Source: Chrysomallon squamiferum
Lineage: Eukaryota > Animalia > Mollusca
NCBI GenBank assembly: GCA_012295275.1
Contig: CM022671.1
Span: 20,894,001 to 20,958,000, forward strand
Direction: 5' to 3'
Length of the DNA: 64,000 nt
A model generated the notes under the pieces. The model was not told the origin of the DNA. It saw only the letters and a program-made list of their open reading frames with translations, and did not search any database. The position numbers and the translations under genes are program-made. Positions 30,158 to 45,756 of the stretch are shown piece after piece; position 1 is the stretch's first letter, and each line of letters begins with the position of its first letter.

Positions 30158-31216
30158 ATATCTATATCTGTATCTGTATCTGTATCTGTGTCTGTATCTG
30201 TATCTGTATCTGTATCTGTATCTGTATCTGTATCTCTATGATTTACTGTGTCTGTATCTGTATATATCTGTGTCTGTATCTGGATCTGTATCTGTATCTG
30301 TATCTGTATCTGTATCTGTATCTGTATCTGTATCTGTATCTGTATCTCTATGATTTACTGTGTCTGTATCTGTATCTATCTGTGTCTGTATCTGTATCTG
30401 TATCTGTATCTGTATCTATATCTGTATCTGTATCTGTATCTCTATGATTTACTGTGTCTGTACCTGTATCTATCTGTGTCTGTATCTGTATCTGTATCTG
30501 TATCTGTATCTATATCTGTATCTGTATCTGTATCTCTATGATTTACTGTGTCTGTATCTGTATCTATCTGTGTCTGTGTCTGTACCTGTATCTGTATCTG
30601 TATCTATCTGTGTCTGTATCTGTATCTGTATCTGTATCTCTATGATTTACTGTGTCTGTATCTGTATATATCTGTGTCTGTATCTGTATCTGTATCTGTA
30701 TCTGTATCTGTATCTGTATCTGTATCTGTATCTGTATCTGTATCTGTATCTCTATGATTTACTGTGTCTGTACCTGTATCTATCTGTGTCTGTATCTGTA
30801 TCTGTATCTGTATCTGTATCTGTATCTGTATCTGTATCTCTATGATTTACTGTGTCTGTATCTGTATATATCTGTGTCTGTATCTGTATCTGTATCTGTA
30901 TCTGTATCTGTATCTGTATCTGTATCTCTATGATTTACTGTGTCTGTATCTGTATATATCTGTGTCTGTATCTGGATCTGTATCTGTGTCCATCTGTGTC
31001 TGTATCTGTATCTATTTGTATCTGTATCTATCTGTGTCTGTGTCTGTATCTGTATCTATCTGTATATGTATCTGTATCTGTTTCTGTATCTGTATCTATT
31101 TGTACCTGTATCTATCTGTGTCTGTATCTGTATTTATCTGTATCTGTATCTGTATCTGCATCTGTATCTGTGTCTGTGTCTGTATCTTTATCTATATCTA
31201 TATCTATATCTATATC
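30158..31216. repeat. (TATCTG)n satellite with higher-order structure
   Basis: Hexamer array punctuated 8 times by CTCTATGATTTACTGTG (ATG at 30238, 30350, 30444, 30538, 30642, 30754, 30842, 30930). Confidence 0.95.
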
Positions 31217-31436
31217 AATAAAAAATCTATAATTATTTAACTCATCCTAAATGGAGCGGAATTATAATTGTAATCTTTGATTCTTTATGCGACAGCAAAC
31301 GCAAGTAACAGTACACATTAACCACCGTTACTTTATTATATATACGTGTATATATTTAATTAAGAAATCTTTACATAACTCATACTCACCTACTCCACAC
31401 ATGCACACAAACTCAACAAAAACCTATAAATGTATG

Positions 31437-31515
<79 letters not shown>

Positions 31516-32188
31516 CGACTAAGTATCTAAATCTTGGTTCCAGTATGTTTAAAACTGATTATTAATTTCGATAAGGTTAAATGGTTCAATGGCATGCTTG
31601 GGTTTGATGATAAAATGAAGACAAAAGAGGAAACATGTTTGAAGTTGAGAAGCTGACGGAAAAAGTACATAATCGGAGTAGCTTTCGTGATGTATATCAG
31701 TGACAGTCTTGATAAACTTAGTCAAATAAGATCACAGAGATTTTCTAAAACAGAACATGTAAAAATATCTGATTGTGTATTAACATATCTCCATTACTGA
31801 CAACGAACGGTATGCCATGTATGTAACTTATAAAAGCCAGTTTCTCACTTTACTAATAATTGTGCAGTCACGTTTCCATTTCATTGCACTTATGCATTAA
31901 ATGAAATATTGATACTACGCCATTGTATCAAATTATCCGAAACTGATGTGTCGAGATAATAGAAATGATATTATTTTATCTCGAACATGCCATTCGGAAA
32001 TACTCGGAAATCATTGGAAGTATTAGTTTACGGTTGTTAAGACACATACAGAGAGTATTTCACGGGGATCTGTCTCGTGGCTGGAAGCTAAATGTGATTC
32101 GATAAATTTGCACTTCGCCCATTGTTGACTTATTGTCCGAAAATCGTAAAGTATTGCTTCCGGCATCTTCATGGTAGTTTCTAGCTTT

Positions 32189-32225
<37 letters not shown>

Positions 32226-33493
32226 GTAGAAAAGAAATCTGAAAGCTGTATTGGCTTCTTTGTTTTGATTATTGTTTGAATTCTGCAGATAACCATTAGC
32301 ATAAATAGTTTTTGTTTCTGTAGTTGTTCTGTTCATTTTATTTTAAAACAGTTTTGGTATTAAATAAATCCTTTATCTATCTAAATATTTTATATACCGA
32401 GTGTTAACTAAACATCTGCTTAATAATTATACGTAAGTTGTTGCTTTTTGTTGGGTTTTTAAATACATTTTGTACTAACACTCTATATTAATGATTTAAT
32501 TACTCTAAAAATGATTTAATTTTGTAAATATAAAAAAAACTTATTATTTTTTGGTAATCTCTCAAACTGAACTAAACTCAGAACACTACTGGTACAAAAA
32601 GATTATTTAAATCTTTTTTATAAACCATTGTAAAGTTGCTCTTTGCAAGAGAAGGAAGAAAAAAAGCTAGATTCCCTTGCGACGAAACAGGATTTGAAAC
32701 ACAAATGAGGCTACAACGCATCTTTAAACTGGTTTCCCTGGGCGAAACTTAAATCTCTTTCTACTTAATTCCTGATTAATAACAGAAAAATCTTTGACGG
32801 TCTTTAGAACGACCTAATTTTCTACTTTTCAGTGCATGTAGCGTCACTGGTAATTCTGTCTGATGAGTTACGCGTCGGTCCATCCTTAGATCTGGTTATT
32901 TTACAGAAACTCTGAAGAGAATTTTCCGCTGATAATACCGTTTATCCGTCCTGCTTTGGCATAGAAAAACACTATTAATAGCGTCTAATCTAAGACGATT
33001 ATTTTGTGTGGATGCCTTAGAAAATTTGAATTTTTATTAGCAGTTTGACGTCCAGTTCACTAAGAAGGAAATCACCTCATCTTCTTGATGTTTAATTTGA
33101 TTCAGTGCATATTTATAAAACGTATTAGATTTGGTGACAGTTATGTTGATTTTTATTCCATCTTTAAACCCGTTTGACGCTGCAGATGCATCATGGATAT
33201 TTTAGGCATTTATTTCTAGTACACTAAGTTAATACGTGTATTATTAGATGCTGTTTATGAATGAATAATATTTTTTAACTACAACTAAATATATTTTAAT
33301 ATAAACTTGTAAAAATCTGATATACGTTTTTATGACAGTGTAAAAATGTACTGTTATTATTCGGCAACAAACTATCTTTTGTACATATGAATCAAGTAGA
33401 GACCTAAACAGTCTGATAGGATCTCCCAGAAGAATTGAACCTGTGAATAACGCTCTTCCTGTTATCATTCTACCACAAATCTGTAGCTTTCAC

Positions 33494-33595
<102 letters not shown>

Positions 33596-36500
33596 ATTAT
33601 TATACAAAGCCATTTAGTTTTAATTATTTACACTCAGTACTGATGGAAGGCTTGAATATCCATATAATGATCATAGTCACACGTAGGTTATAAATCTGTA
33701 TTGTTATATTAATATAAAGTAATAAAGAGTAATCAGTTTCCACATGGAGTTGAATAGACACGATCAATATCTTTTATTGTCCTTTCCACAGCCAAGTATG
33801 GAATATATTTATTATAGTAGTAGTAGTAGTAGTAGTAGACGTAGTAGTAGAAGTAGTAGCAGCAGTAGTAGATGTAGACGTAGAAGTAGTAGTAGTAGTA
33901 GTAGTAGTAACAATACAAGAACTAGCAGTAGTCGTAGTAATACAAGAACTAGCAGCAGTTGTAGTAGTAGTAGCAGCAATATTAAAAGAACCAGTACTGC
34001 TGCTGTTGCTGCAGTTGTTAATGCTACTTCTACTAATGTTACTACTACCACCACTATTATTATTATTTTGCTGTTGTTATTATTATTTAAAATAAAATAA
34101 AATAAACGTATTTGTTGGTCTAGTAATATAAGTATCACACATTTTACTTTAATCTGAACAACAAGCATTTTTCACTGATAATTTGTCTTAACTTCGCCTT
34201 AACCTCGTTACCATGGAAATATATGCAAAGAACAATGGGAAAACAGCGTTTTCTGACTGACAGTATTAATTAATTTCCATTGTGCTAGATATGAAAGAGG
34301 CAGATAGTAATACATTATCGGAAATCACTTAACTAGGTCTGCTTAGTAGAGATAAAGAAAATCTTAATACTGTGAATATTCCTAGGTCCGCGTTCTTCTG
34401 CTGTGTCTATGTCTTAGTAGAAGTAAAAGCAATAAAAGTAACAGCCGAAGTTGTTATAACATTAGTAGTCGTTTTATGGTAGAGCAGAAGTAAAAGTAGT
34501 AACTCTTGTTGTTGTAATAGTAGTAGCATGTCTACATGTAATGGAGTAGAAGCAGTAGTAGTTGCAGTAGCGTTGTTGTTGTAATAACAGTAGTAATTAT
34601 ATAATAGAAAAGAAGTAGTTGTAGTTGTAATTGTAGATGCAGCAATAGCAGCAGTAAAAGCAATAACAGGAGACAAAATTCTTATTTTCATTTTAAAACT
34701 ATTCTAGAAGAATTCAGTTATTTTGTTTTCGTTCTGGTGTTTTCTACATATCAGTTTCTGCAGCAGTCTCTCCCAGCAGGTTGTTTTAAAGCACCGCATC
34801 GGGCTTTGTTAGAGTCCGATACACATTAGACTATAATAGTCATCTGGGTATTCATTGGTCGTTATTTCATTAAGTATTATTTACCTTCTTCATTGAAAAC
34901 CGGAACCGGAATGCGTTTTCCCCATGGCTATGCACTGTGAGAAAAGTCGTACAAAGTTAATTAATTTACTCTGATTATTTCCCGTCGTAAATTACAGTAT
35001 AAAAATAAATTAATCTGCGAATTGCTTCAGTGATTAGTAACAATATGTTGTGCCAGCGCATTATGTGCAATCCAGCGTTTCATTGAATTTCCTTTTTAGA
35101 TAATAATAGAAAACATCAAGCGTTCGTATCGAAAGAGCGTTGTATATACAACGACAACTCCACTTATTTTAATATTAACGGCTGTTAGATATGTCTGTCG
35201 TACATATTCTTATATAATGACGACGAGAGAGAGAGAGAGTGAGAGAAAAAAAAATCACTCCCTCAATTCCATCGACTACTTTTATTAACACCGTAACTTA
35301 GATCATATAGTAACTCGCAAACAGTAAAAAAAAAAGTATATAACACAGTGTTTGAAGTTGTGGCTGGAATGGGAAATAAAACAGTGAATGATAATAATTT
35401 TGTTCAGGAAATAAAATTTTGTTTTAAGTTTCTTGTAATGGTTGATTAATCCCATATATTTCCAAATTACTATATCATAACTATAAACACGTATTCAAAT
35501 ATGTGTTCACACAAACACACACACCAACAGACACTGATACACGCAGATAGAAAGAGAAAGAGAGAAAGAGAGAGACAATGATTGTGTAATGGCAGCTACA
35601 AATTCAAAATAAAATGTACAGGCAAAAAGAAAGTTTCCCCTATCTAAGAATACAGTTTTCTCCAAACTAATTAATTCTTTTATAACACATGTGAATAGAA
35701 CATAAAACGTGAAATTACACAGTATGAAGATTATTACTAGAAGCAATTTAACAACAACAACAAAAAAATCTACGGACTTACGCATTAACATTTAATCTAT
35801 TACTTTATTTTATAGTCTGGTGCAGTGAAGGTGATGATAACAAGAAAACAAAAAAACACAAAAAGTTGAAGAAACAAAAAGAAAATAAAACCTCCATAAA
35901 CTGAAACATAAACAAGATATCTATTCTGTTATTTTATTTCATCCCGTCACGTAATAAACACGATGACGGTCGGGTCTTGATTTTTAAATCGCGGGTCTTA
36001 GCTGGTTTTATTTTCCATTGTACGGCGCGTTTGAAACTAAATCATTTTCGATTTTTAGAGTCGATTCGGTAATTTCAGTGGGTGACGTGTAATTCAGTGT
36101 CAACATGTCTAATTCGTTTTAAATCTCTCCGTCTCGTGACGTCCCGCCGTTTCATCCATTTCGATACACAAGTACACGACAGAAGATTAAAACGCTTTCT
36201 TTGCCAACGCAGACTGTAAGGTGTTTAACAAACGATTGACGTGGGTTGTTAAATAGAAAGTCAGTTTAGATACCCCTGCTAATGTAATCACCTTCGACTT
36301 TTATAATTGCAGCTGAATCGTTAATGGGAAAACTAGTCAATTCGCTCATCTCTGTATGGTTTTTGTAATTGACATTTAGCAGGCCATCCCGATGTCTCTG
36401 TTGCCTGGGTATTCAAAAAGAAAATCTGTGTGAAGCGACTGGAAAATATGGAGATGGTGTATTGACGTGAGGATTCGCTTGAAGAAAAGCGACACATCTG

Positions 36501-36780
36501 CAAACCGAAACATACAGGCTGGAATTTATTACTTCTTACTGAAAAAAGCCTTTATTACGATTCCAATGTAGTTGAGTTACATTTAATGATGAAGGGTATT
36601 TGTTATGTGATTTAGAAATATATTTTGGAAAAAAGCATAATGATTTACGTGATGGCTTGCTTTTATTTAGATACTGATTTCAATAATTTACAAAACATCA
36701 TAAAAAGCTAAGGTCTCTAAAATGCAAAACAAACTAATATATATACATATATACAAACTATATATATAAATATATATACA

Positions 36781-36864
<84 letters not shown>

Positions 36865-36871
36865 AAGAGAG

Positions 36872-37383
36872 ACAAACCATACATGCGTATGCCCACACAC
36901 ATATACAGATAGTTAGTGCAAAAGACATACTTAAGCAGTATTTATCGATATTATATCGTAATGACACCTTTCAAAGACAACACAGATATGTATATATTTT
37001 TTTAATTTTACGTTAGAAATTCTATAGAAATAGGCGACAAAGTACATAAAACAACTATATCTGTCAATTTATTGAGAGAGCGAGAGAGAGAGAGAGAGAT
37101 ACAAACCATAGGTAGTTACGCATAAACACGCATGCCCACACACACATATACATATAGTTAGTGCAAAAGACATACTTAAGCAGTATTTATCGATATTATA
37201 TTGTAATGACACCTTTCAAAAACAACACAGATATGTATTATTTTTTTTTTAATTTTACGTCAGAAATTCTATAGAAATAAGCTACAAAGTACTTGGTCTC
37301 AAATGTCACATGTATATCTTTCTGAAATTTTCATAATACCGTATCAGAAAAGTCGATAAAACAACTGTATCTGTCAGTTTATT
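36872..37383. repeat. Diverged local tandem duplication (~36872-37073 and ~37101-37383), each copy preceded by (GA)n
   Basis: Shared TAGTTAGTGCAAAAGACATACTTAAGCAGTATTTATCGATATTATA and AGAAATTCTATAGAAATA; the second copy has ~60 extra bp. Confidence 0.88.
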
Positions 37384-38275
37384 AATTTATTTTAATAATA
37401 ATAAATTGCTTTGTATTAAAATAATTAGTTTTCAGAGGAGATATTCAGTTCCATCCATTTCATATACCTCTTTGTTTTGACGCTTTGTATGATGTGGTTT
37501 ACTTGTAATCTTGAAAACAGCTTTAGTTTCCAAAAGCCATACCGAGGTGTGAACTTTATTAAGTTTATAAATCATATTAATAATTTTATATTAACTTTAG
37601 CAGTGATCAAGAAAAGATATCATAATCGTTATAACGACTATGTTTCTGAAAAACAACATCGTAAACGTTAACGAGAACTTAGGTTATTATGTATTCCAGC
37701 GAGATTATTTATCAAAACAATTGTTGTTTTTTTATATGTTTCTAAATGCGATTTTCTCTTTCTGGGAAGATGTAATTAAAAATATCTTGCTGCTGATAAA
37801 TTAAAATATACATTGAAGAGTAGACAGTATATTTCGTTTCTCAACATCATTATCATTTAATATATACATTCCCAACAACTATCGTCATAAAAGTAAAATA
37901 TCGTTAACAATCAACCTTTCTTGAAAGCATATATGGCTCTTTGAAAGGCAATGTTTAGTAACTACTAACAACACTGTGAACAGACAACAAATACGGTAAA
38001 AATTTGTTTTAAAAACTCGACAAACGCTCAATGAAAAACATTCAGTTCCATACATAATTCACCAATGTCATTCATGATTTAAAAGACACATAAAGAAAAC
38101 ACTAAGGAAACGGTTAAGGTAATTGTGTTATGTCGCCTTGTTTCTCTGTTAATTGCTTTCTCTGAAAATAGCAATAACAATTAGCAGCCGACCGTTGCAG
38201 CACACAAAATGCAAAACTTGTGTCAAAATGAAGCAGACAATAGTAAAATATCCCAGTGAACTTCCACTTAGAAAA

Positions 38276-38319
<44 letters not shown>

Positions 38320-39672
38320 CCAAAAAAAAACAACAACAACTGGAAATGCACAATTAATGACGATATAATTGTGAACAAGATCAATCAGTGCAGTGGATGA
38401 AAGACGTATAAGAAGAAAACCACTCTAAGAAATTTATTAACTTACATCGGTCTTGTTAGCTTCCTCTCTCATTTCAAGAGATCTCTTAAAAGGCCAATTA
38501 ATAAAAAAATTTTTTATGAAATTATGTTTTCAGCGAGAATCTGGAGAACATACATTTGAAAAAATATGAAGTAAAGGAAATTTTTAATGAAAAACGTATA
38601 TCGCTTCTCATGCAGTTTATGACATTATTATTGTGGATCAGTATGTTTAGAGTATTTGTTTTATAGACACTCTTTGAATGTGTTTAATTAGTTGTTTTCT
38701 AATGGCTTTCCTGAAAAAAAGAGAAGCCTTCTTTAATATTTGAGTTTAAATAACATTCATTTCATTGTAGACTTAAAGAGTTTAGACTTAAAGTCAAGCA
38801 AAATGAAACGTTTCGCATTTCATTTATTAATTTTTACGCTCATAATCCAGTTTGATGAAAATGGCATAATTTTACATCAAAATATTTAAAAAGAAAATAA
38901 TCTTGGTTATCGCTTTTCTGCTCATGAAATATTTTAATTTTTTATTTTTAATATTATTAGTTTTGTAAAGGATTAAATTGCTGCTGTCGATGGATGTCAT
39001 TTTGTCTCGTTCTATCCTACAACAGAAGAGAAATACATTAAAAAAAATCTAATTTGTTTATATGTTAGCAGTAGAGAGGGTTTCTGCGTATTCACCAGAA
39101 TACTGTTTTTACAAATGATTCCGAAACTTGACAGAAATTTAAATACATCTCCAGATCAAGTCTAAACAGAGCAGCTAAAAGACTTTCTTCCATTACAATA
39201 TTTTTACAAAAAAAGAACAGAGTTTTATAGCGATTTACCAACCACCTAGGCTTCATAAATTTGACGTACTGAGTCCAGATTTGGTTTTGTAATTACAAAG
39301 CTTAAAATAATTCTGTCTTATTTAAAATATAGTTCTACGGGCAAACTCTTTAGGTTTTAACATTTCAATGCTTAGATTATCACATACGAACTAAAACGTT
39401 AGACATTTCCGGAAATATATGTAGCTTGTTTAATATTCGCTTTCTTGAAATAGAGAAGCGGTAAGATATTATGGATCATTAACGTTCTTTGTGAGAGGTA
39501 ATTAAAACGTCATTATAGACTAACGTCTCATCATGATTTTGTACGGGAGCTACAGTACATTGACAGGACATTGACAGTGATGACGGCCGTTCACGTTAAT
39601 AATCCTTTCTTGTTTATTAGCGAGATCATCCCTAACACTGTCAGATATACACATATACTTACACAGAGCTCC

Positions 39673-39716
<44 letters not shown>

Positions 39717-42198
39717 TCTAATAGTAATCAGTAGTGGCAGTACGAGTAGTAGTAAATATTGTTGTTGTTTTCATTATTAAACTACAGTAGGCAGAGAGAG
39801 GAAAGGAATAATGAATAAATGAAGGAATGAATGAATGAAGGAATATTTAACGACTTTTGAATGTCATTTAATACTAATCGTGTATGAATTTATATATGCA
39901 TGTATGAATGAATGTATGTATGTATGTATGTATGTATGTATGTATGTATATATATTGGATATTTGTGTTTGTATGTATGTGCGTGATTGTATGTATTTAT
40001 GTATGTATCTACGTATGTATATTTGAATAAAAAGATAGATAGATAGATAGATAGATAGACAGATAGATACATAAAGAGATAGATAGATAGATAGATAGAT
40101 TAGATAGATAGATAGATAGACAGATAGATGTTTTTATAAATGCGTAAGTATGCATAACGAAGACAGCCGTTAGAGGAACAATGTTGTTAACAATTAGCAA
40201 CAAAGAAAAGTATATATCAAACTCTATGACAAATCTGTCGCAGAGCATTGTCTATAACGGTAAAGAAAAAACAATAAAGGCACCGATGTTCATCGGACCT
40301 ACGAGTTATCTTGTCTTTGTCATGTTCTGTAATCACTAAGCTACAGCATCTTTAATGATATAGTTTTTTTTTTCAAGTTTTTTTTTTCAAAGTTCGTAAA
40401 ATATTAATATAATATACTATGATCATCTCCACTAATGGAATTTGTATTGTTATTTCACTTTCTTGTTTCATTTTACCTGTCAGATTGATGAATAGTAGAT
40501 GTACAAGAGCTATTAATCAAATCCCGCAGATACATTAGAAGTATACAGATATGTAAATGTTAATTGTTTGTTTAGCTTGATCTCAAACAAAATGAAAACC
40601 ACGGTTCTGATTACGAACATGGAATAATTATGTCAATGGTCCATTTTGTCTGCGTTCATACGGAAAGCTGTGTGCTGCAATCAAAAAATATTGTCTTGTA
40701 TTGTCTTTAGTTTTCTTGAAAATGTACAGTAATAATAAATGATTTCTAAATTTAAAAGGAATGGTGATTATTATGATGATTACCAGTTAACATTCCACGC
40801 TAAAATAACATCGTGATATTTAAAGTAATATGATCCTCTTTTTCTAATCCTTTTTTCTTTCTTTTCTTTTCTCTTCTACTTTTTTTTATCTTCCTCTGTC
40901 ACTTTTTTATCTCTTCTTTACATTATTTCATCATTTTTTTTTTTACTCTGTTCATTAAATTTAAAGGGTAATTGTTTTCAAATACACTGTAACTTAATGG
41001 TAACTGAAAACGGTTGTATAATTAATTTATCAAAAAGAGGAAGTTTGTTCCACATCACAGCTGATCACTGCAAGCCGAAATCCCAGAATGTGAATGATTT
41101 CATTTTATTTGTTTCGTCAACTTGCACATTATTATTTTTTTTTTTTTTTTTTTTTTCATCAACGTAATTTCTTCAATTTTTTTTCCACAGTATTAAGAAA
41201 TGAGTGGGTTTCGGAGCTAATTATTTTTAAACATGTTCTCAGCATAAACAGCTTAATCACTTTTCACAAGACAAGCAAGAAAGTGAATATGAAAAGATGA
41301 ACATTTTCAACCAGATCATCATCGATTAGCCTCATAGAAATTGATTGAAGCAATTCTGAAATAAATTTACTCCTGCTACTATCCCCACACACACACTACT
41401 ACTACTACATCTACTACTAACATTACTACTAATACTGCTACTGTATCACCATCGTCATCATCATCATCATCATCATAATCAATATTGTACGGATATTTGG
41501 CATTGAACTCTATTCCGTTTAGAAAGCTGAGGATGTTAACAGAGATTTCTAACGTGATTTCATATTTCCATTAATTTTCCAGAGCTCAGTGTGATAACAG
41601 TTTAAATTTTAACAATAATTATTACACTCATACACAAACACAAATAAAAAAACATGCAAAAGAGATCTTTTCGTTAGTGACAAATGTGGTTATGATAGTG
41701 TGAAATAAGCCCCCATCCCCCCCCAAAAAAAAAAAAGAAAATGTCAGACAGTCCTCATACCTTTTTATTATCCCCACCTTTCATTAAAAAACAAACCCGG
41801 AATCGATCGAAACTTGATTTGGATATCCTCCGGAGTCCTGATATGATTTATGTAAACGCTGGTAAAGACCGGAAGGAGCGTTTGCGCGACGTTTTATCAA
41901 AGTGCCCAGATTGTTTGACCGCCAGCTTTTTGTCAATATGTCGATTAGGAATCAGTGTATTTACAGAGTGCGGTTTCACAGACACGAAAACGCGAAAAAC
42001 GATCCGTCAGAGATTATACACGCCGATTTGTCATTGCTGATCAATTTACTAGCACACAAATGTGATGGAACGAGGCGTAGACTATTATGGACACATAAGC
42101 AGAGTGATGTATGGACTTCATATAATGTAGACAGTGTGCTTATTGTTCTTTGGACACCAACCCATTATATTAAACGGTCAATTATTAACAAGCAGCTT

Positions 42199-42670
<472 letters not shown>

Positions 42671-43097
42671 AAAGACAAACAGATAAACAGATAAAAAAAA
42701 ACCTAAGAACATGATCTTAATATCTGAAGAAACAGAGAGCGAATAATAAAAAAAAATAATAATAATTCATTAATTCATTAAAAAGTATGACTAAAATTAT
42801 GTACCGCAAGCCATTATTCACTGCAAAACCTTTTACTGCCGCATCCAGAGATGGCAGGAAATTAGATATGAATGTACTAATGTGGTAAAATATACGAATT
42901 TAATATATGGTGAAAAGTCACCTTTTATTAACATGGTTATGAAAACGACTGAATAATATGCATGTGTTAAAACAGAAGATACAGTTATTCATACATCAAA
43001 CCAATGCATTATATTGGAAAATTATTTTAAAAATACTTTTTATTATTTTTTATTTTATTTTGTTTTAATTTAATTTAATTTTATTTTATTCGTTATT

Positions 43098-43136
<39 letters not shown>

Positions 43137-43378
43137 TTTTAATTTATATTTATATTATTTTATTTTTTTTTTTTTGTTATTCTTTAATTATTGTTGCTGC
43201 TTTTTTTTTTCTTTCTTTTTTTTTTTTTTTTTTTCCCCCTTTAGCTACTTTTAATCCGTTTTAATGATATTTAGCCAGATCCACCTCTGATCGTCTTGCT
43301 GTTAAGTAACACAGAGGAAACACACTTTAATTAACTTCATGTACTTATTTCATTTCAGAATTACATTCGGAGAACGGA

Positions 43379-43442
43379 ATGATAACGGCGGGCTGTCTTC
43401 TGCTTCTTGTCGGCACTGTTTTAGCTCAAGCTGAAAATGCTG
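43379..43442 (+). CDS. MIP: Signal-peptide exon of PXFVamide/MIP-type precursor (MITAGCLLLLVGTVLAQAENA + 1 nt, phase 1)
   Basis: Acceptor ttatttcatttcag|A (exon starts 43359), ATG at 43379 with G at -3, hydrophobic core CLLLLVGTVLA with an A-Q-A cleavage motif, donor G|GTACGT at 43443. The leftover G is in frame with both downstream peptide exons. Confidence 0.85.
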
Positions 43443-43928
43443 GTACGTGGTAACACACAGACACATTTCTTTCAACTGCTTTTCTTCTTCTATAAATAAT
43501 ATCCAAAATTACTACATAATAATCTTCTTAATATACGAATAATTCACTTGATAATAATAATTTACCGTATTTACTCGTCTATAAGTTATACAAAGAAATA
43601 CTCGTGTATAATATAACAGAGTATTCTGGAATAATTCAATACTTTTTTAGTTTTCGTTGAGGGGTTTTCTACATATCACTTTTTGATTGGTAAGAAAAAT
43701 CGCCATACAGCTAGCTATACAGTTACTGATAAAATGAAATTATGACCATATCCATATTGACTGTTATAATTATATGTAGGTACTGTCACCGCTATAATTT
43801 TTCAAAATGCTTAAACTTTTATACTGAATTCTGATTTAAGAAAAATAAATAAATAAAAATAAATTATAATAATAATAATAATAATAATTTTTAAAATTCG
43901 TCTTATACATGAGTAAATTCGGTACTAT

Positions 43929-43979
<51 letters not shown>

Positions 43980-45725
43980 TCTTCGTATAAAAATATCTTT
44001 ACCATTTAATCATTTGTGTATTTAAATTTCGTTTTTTCTTATAAAATACTTCTTAGAGTTATTCACTTAATGTAAATAAAACGATAAAAAATATAATAAT
44101 TTGTGTTTTTAACTATTTTCTTGTTTGATATCTGTTTTAACTGATGGCACGTATTTAAATTAGTATTTTAATTTGCACATAGCAAGCGTTCTCGGTGTTG
44201 TATCAGTTTTAATGTTGTCACTATTAAATTATTTTGTTACACTGATATGTCGCATTATTTTTTTTAAATCTATTATTTGTATTACCCATGTGTATGAGTA
44301 GTGATGTTAATTCAATTACTTTGAATGTGTTTTCCTCTGTGTGTGTATATTTCTCACCTAGCCGTCGTAATAATTACTGATGGGTACTTTATAAACTCCG
44401 TTCCTACTATATGCGTTTTTTAAAGTTTTGTCTTCATAATTTTAGTTTTTGTTGTTGTTCTTATTTTCACTTTTGTATTTCATTTTTTTTTTCCGGATAT
44501 ATATATAGATGTATATATATATTAATTTTTATTTTAATAATAATAATAATAATAATAAGATTTTAATTATTATTATTATTATTATTATTATAAAACATAA
44601 TTTTACAAAAAGAAATTCACGTATTAAAATATTCTCGTTTCAAACAATATACATACCTAGAAACAAAGCAAAAACCGAATAATTAAATATCAAGAAATAT
44701 TAACAGACAAACTATACTCTTTTAATTATAGATTTTGTTTAATAAATAAAATAAAATAAAATAATATCATATATATATATATATATATATATTCCAACGA
44801 ATTGCACCAAACAGTAATTTAGTACTTGAACTCAATGCTTTGTATCTTACAGTATTCGATATGTTATGAAAGCAACAAACGTCAGAATATACTTTCTAGA
44901 CAAAGTCTTTGACCTTGATTACTTATATATCTCATAAAGGTAACGATATTTCCACCGTAAGTAATGACTGTCAATAACAACAACAAGTTTTAATCACCTT
45001 TTCAAATAATTTCCATTACTCCGGTTATCCGCTGAGGCGATTGTTCGCAAATTGTAGAAAACTATCAAATGCGAATTACGAAAACAAAAATACCCTCTGG
45101 AGATAAATATATCAGATGTCACTAAACACCGTGTAAAGTTGTGATAAACAGTTTAGCTCGAGGTCTGAGCCGAGCGAAACAACGAACTTTCTCCAAGACA
45201 ATAGTCGGAACATGAATGTGAATTACTCTCGGTAAGTTAGTCATGTTTGAACTGTTGACAGTTTGAACGGATAAATACACCAAGTAAGAGGAAGTGATTT
45301 TACTGAATAGCAGCCTCAGACAGTGTCGTAACTGTCATTATTTGACTTTTGTCTGACGGATGAAAAGCTAGAACGTTAACCGACAGCCGCATCCTGTGTT
45401 ATTGCCTCTGTAGATGACAAATTGTTCATCTTTCGATTTTTCTTTTTTTTCAAACAAACATTGGTTCAGGTGATGTTTGATTAAAGCGTTGGAATTTTAG
45501 AATCTATGGCTCAATTAAAAGACTGGTTGTTCCCGCCTAATTTCTATAATATTATATTTCTGTTGTTTTAAGGGGCTATAAGAAGACTCCCATACTTTAT
45601 AAAATGCGTTCCTAGAACATGCGTTTTTTAAAGTTTTGTCTTCATAATTTTAGTTGTTGTTTTTGTTCATATTTTCACTTTTGTAATTCAAAAGCATTTA
45701 CATTTTATATTACAATACTAAGTGC

Positions 45726-45756
<31 letters not shown>

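Noticed and set aside
30238-30946. Constant 17-bp motif separated by variable-length spacers, superficially CRISPR-like
   Set aside because: The spacers are themselves (TATCTG)n, there are no cas genes and the context is eukaryotic.
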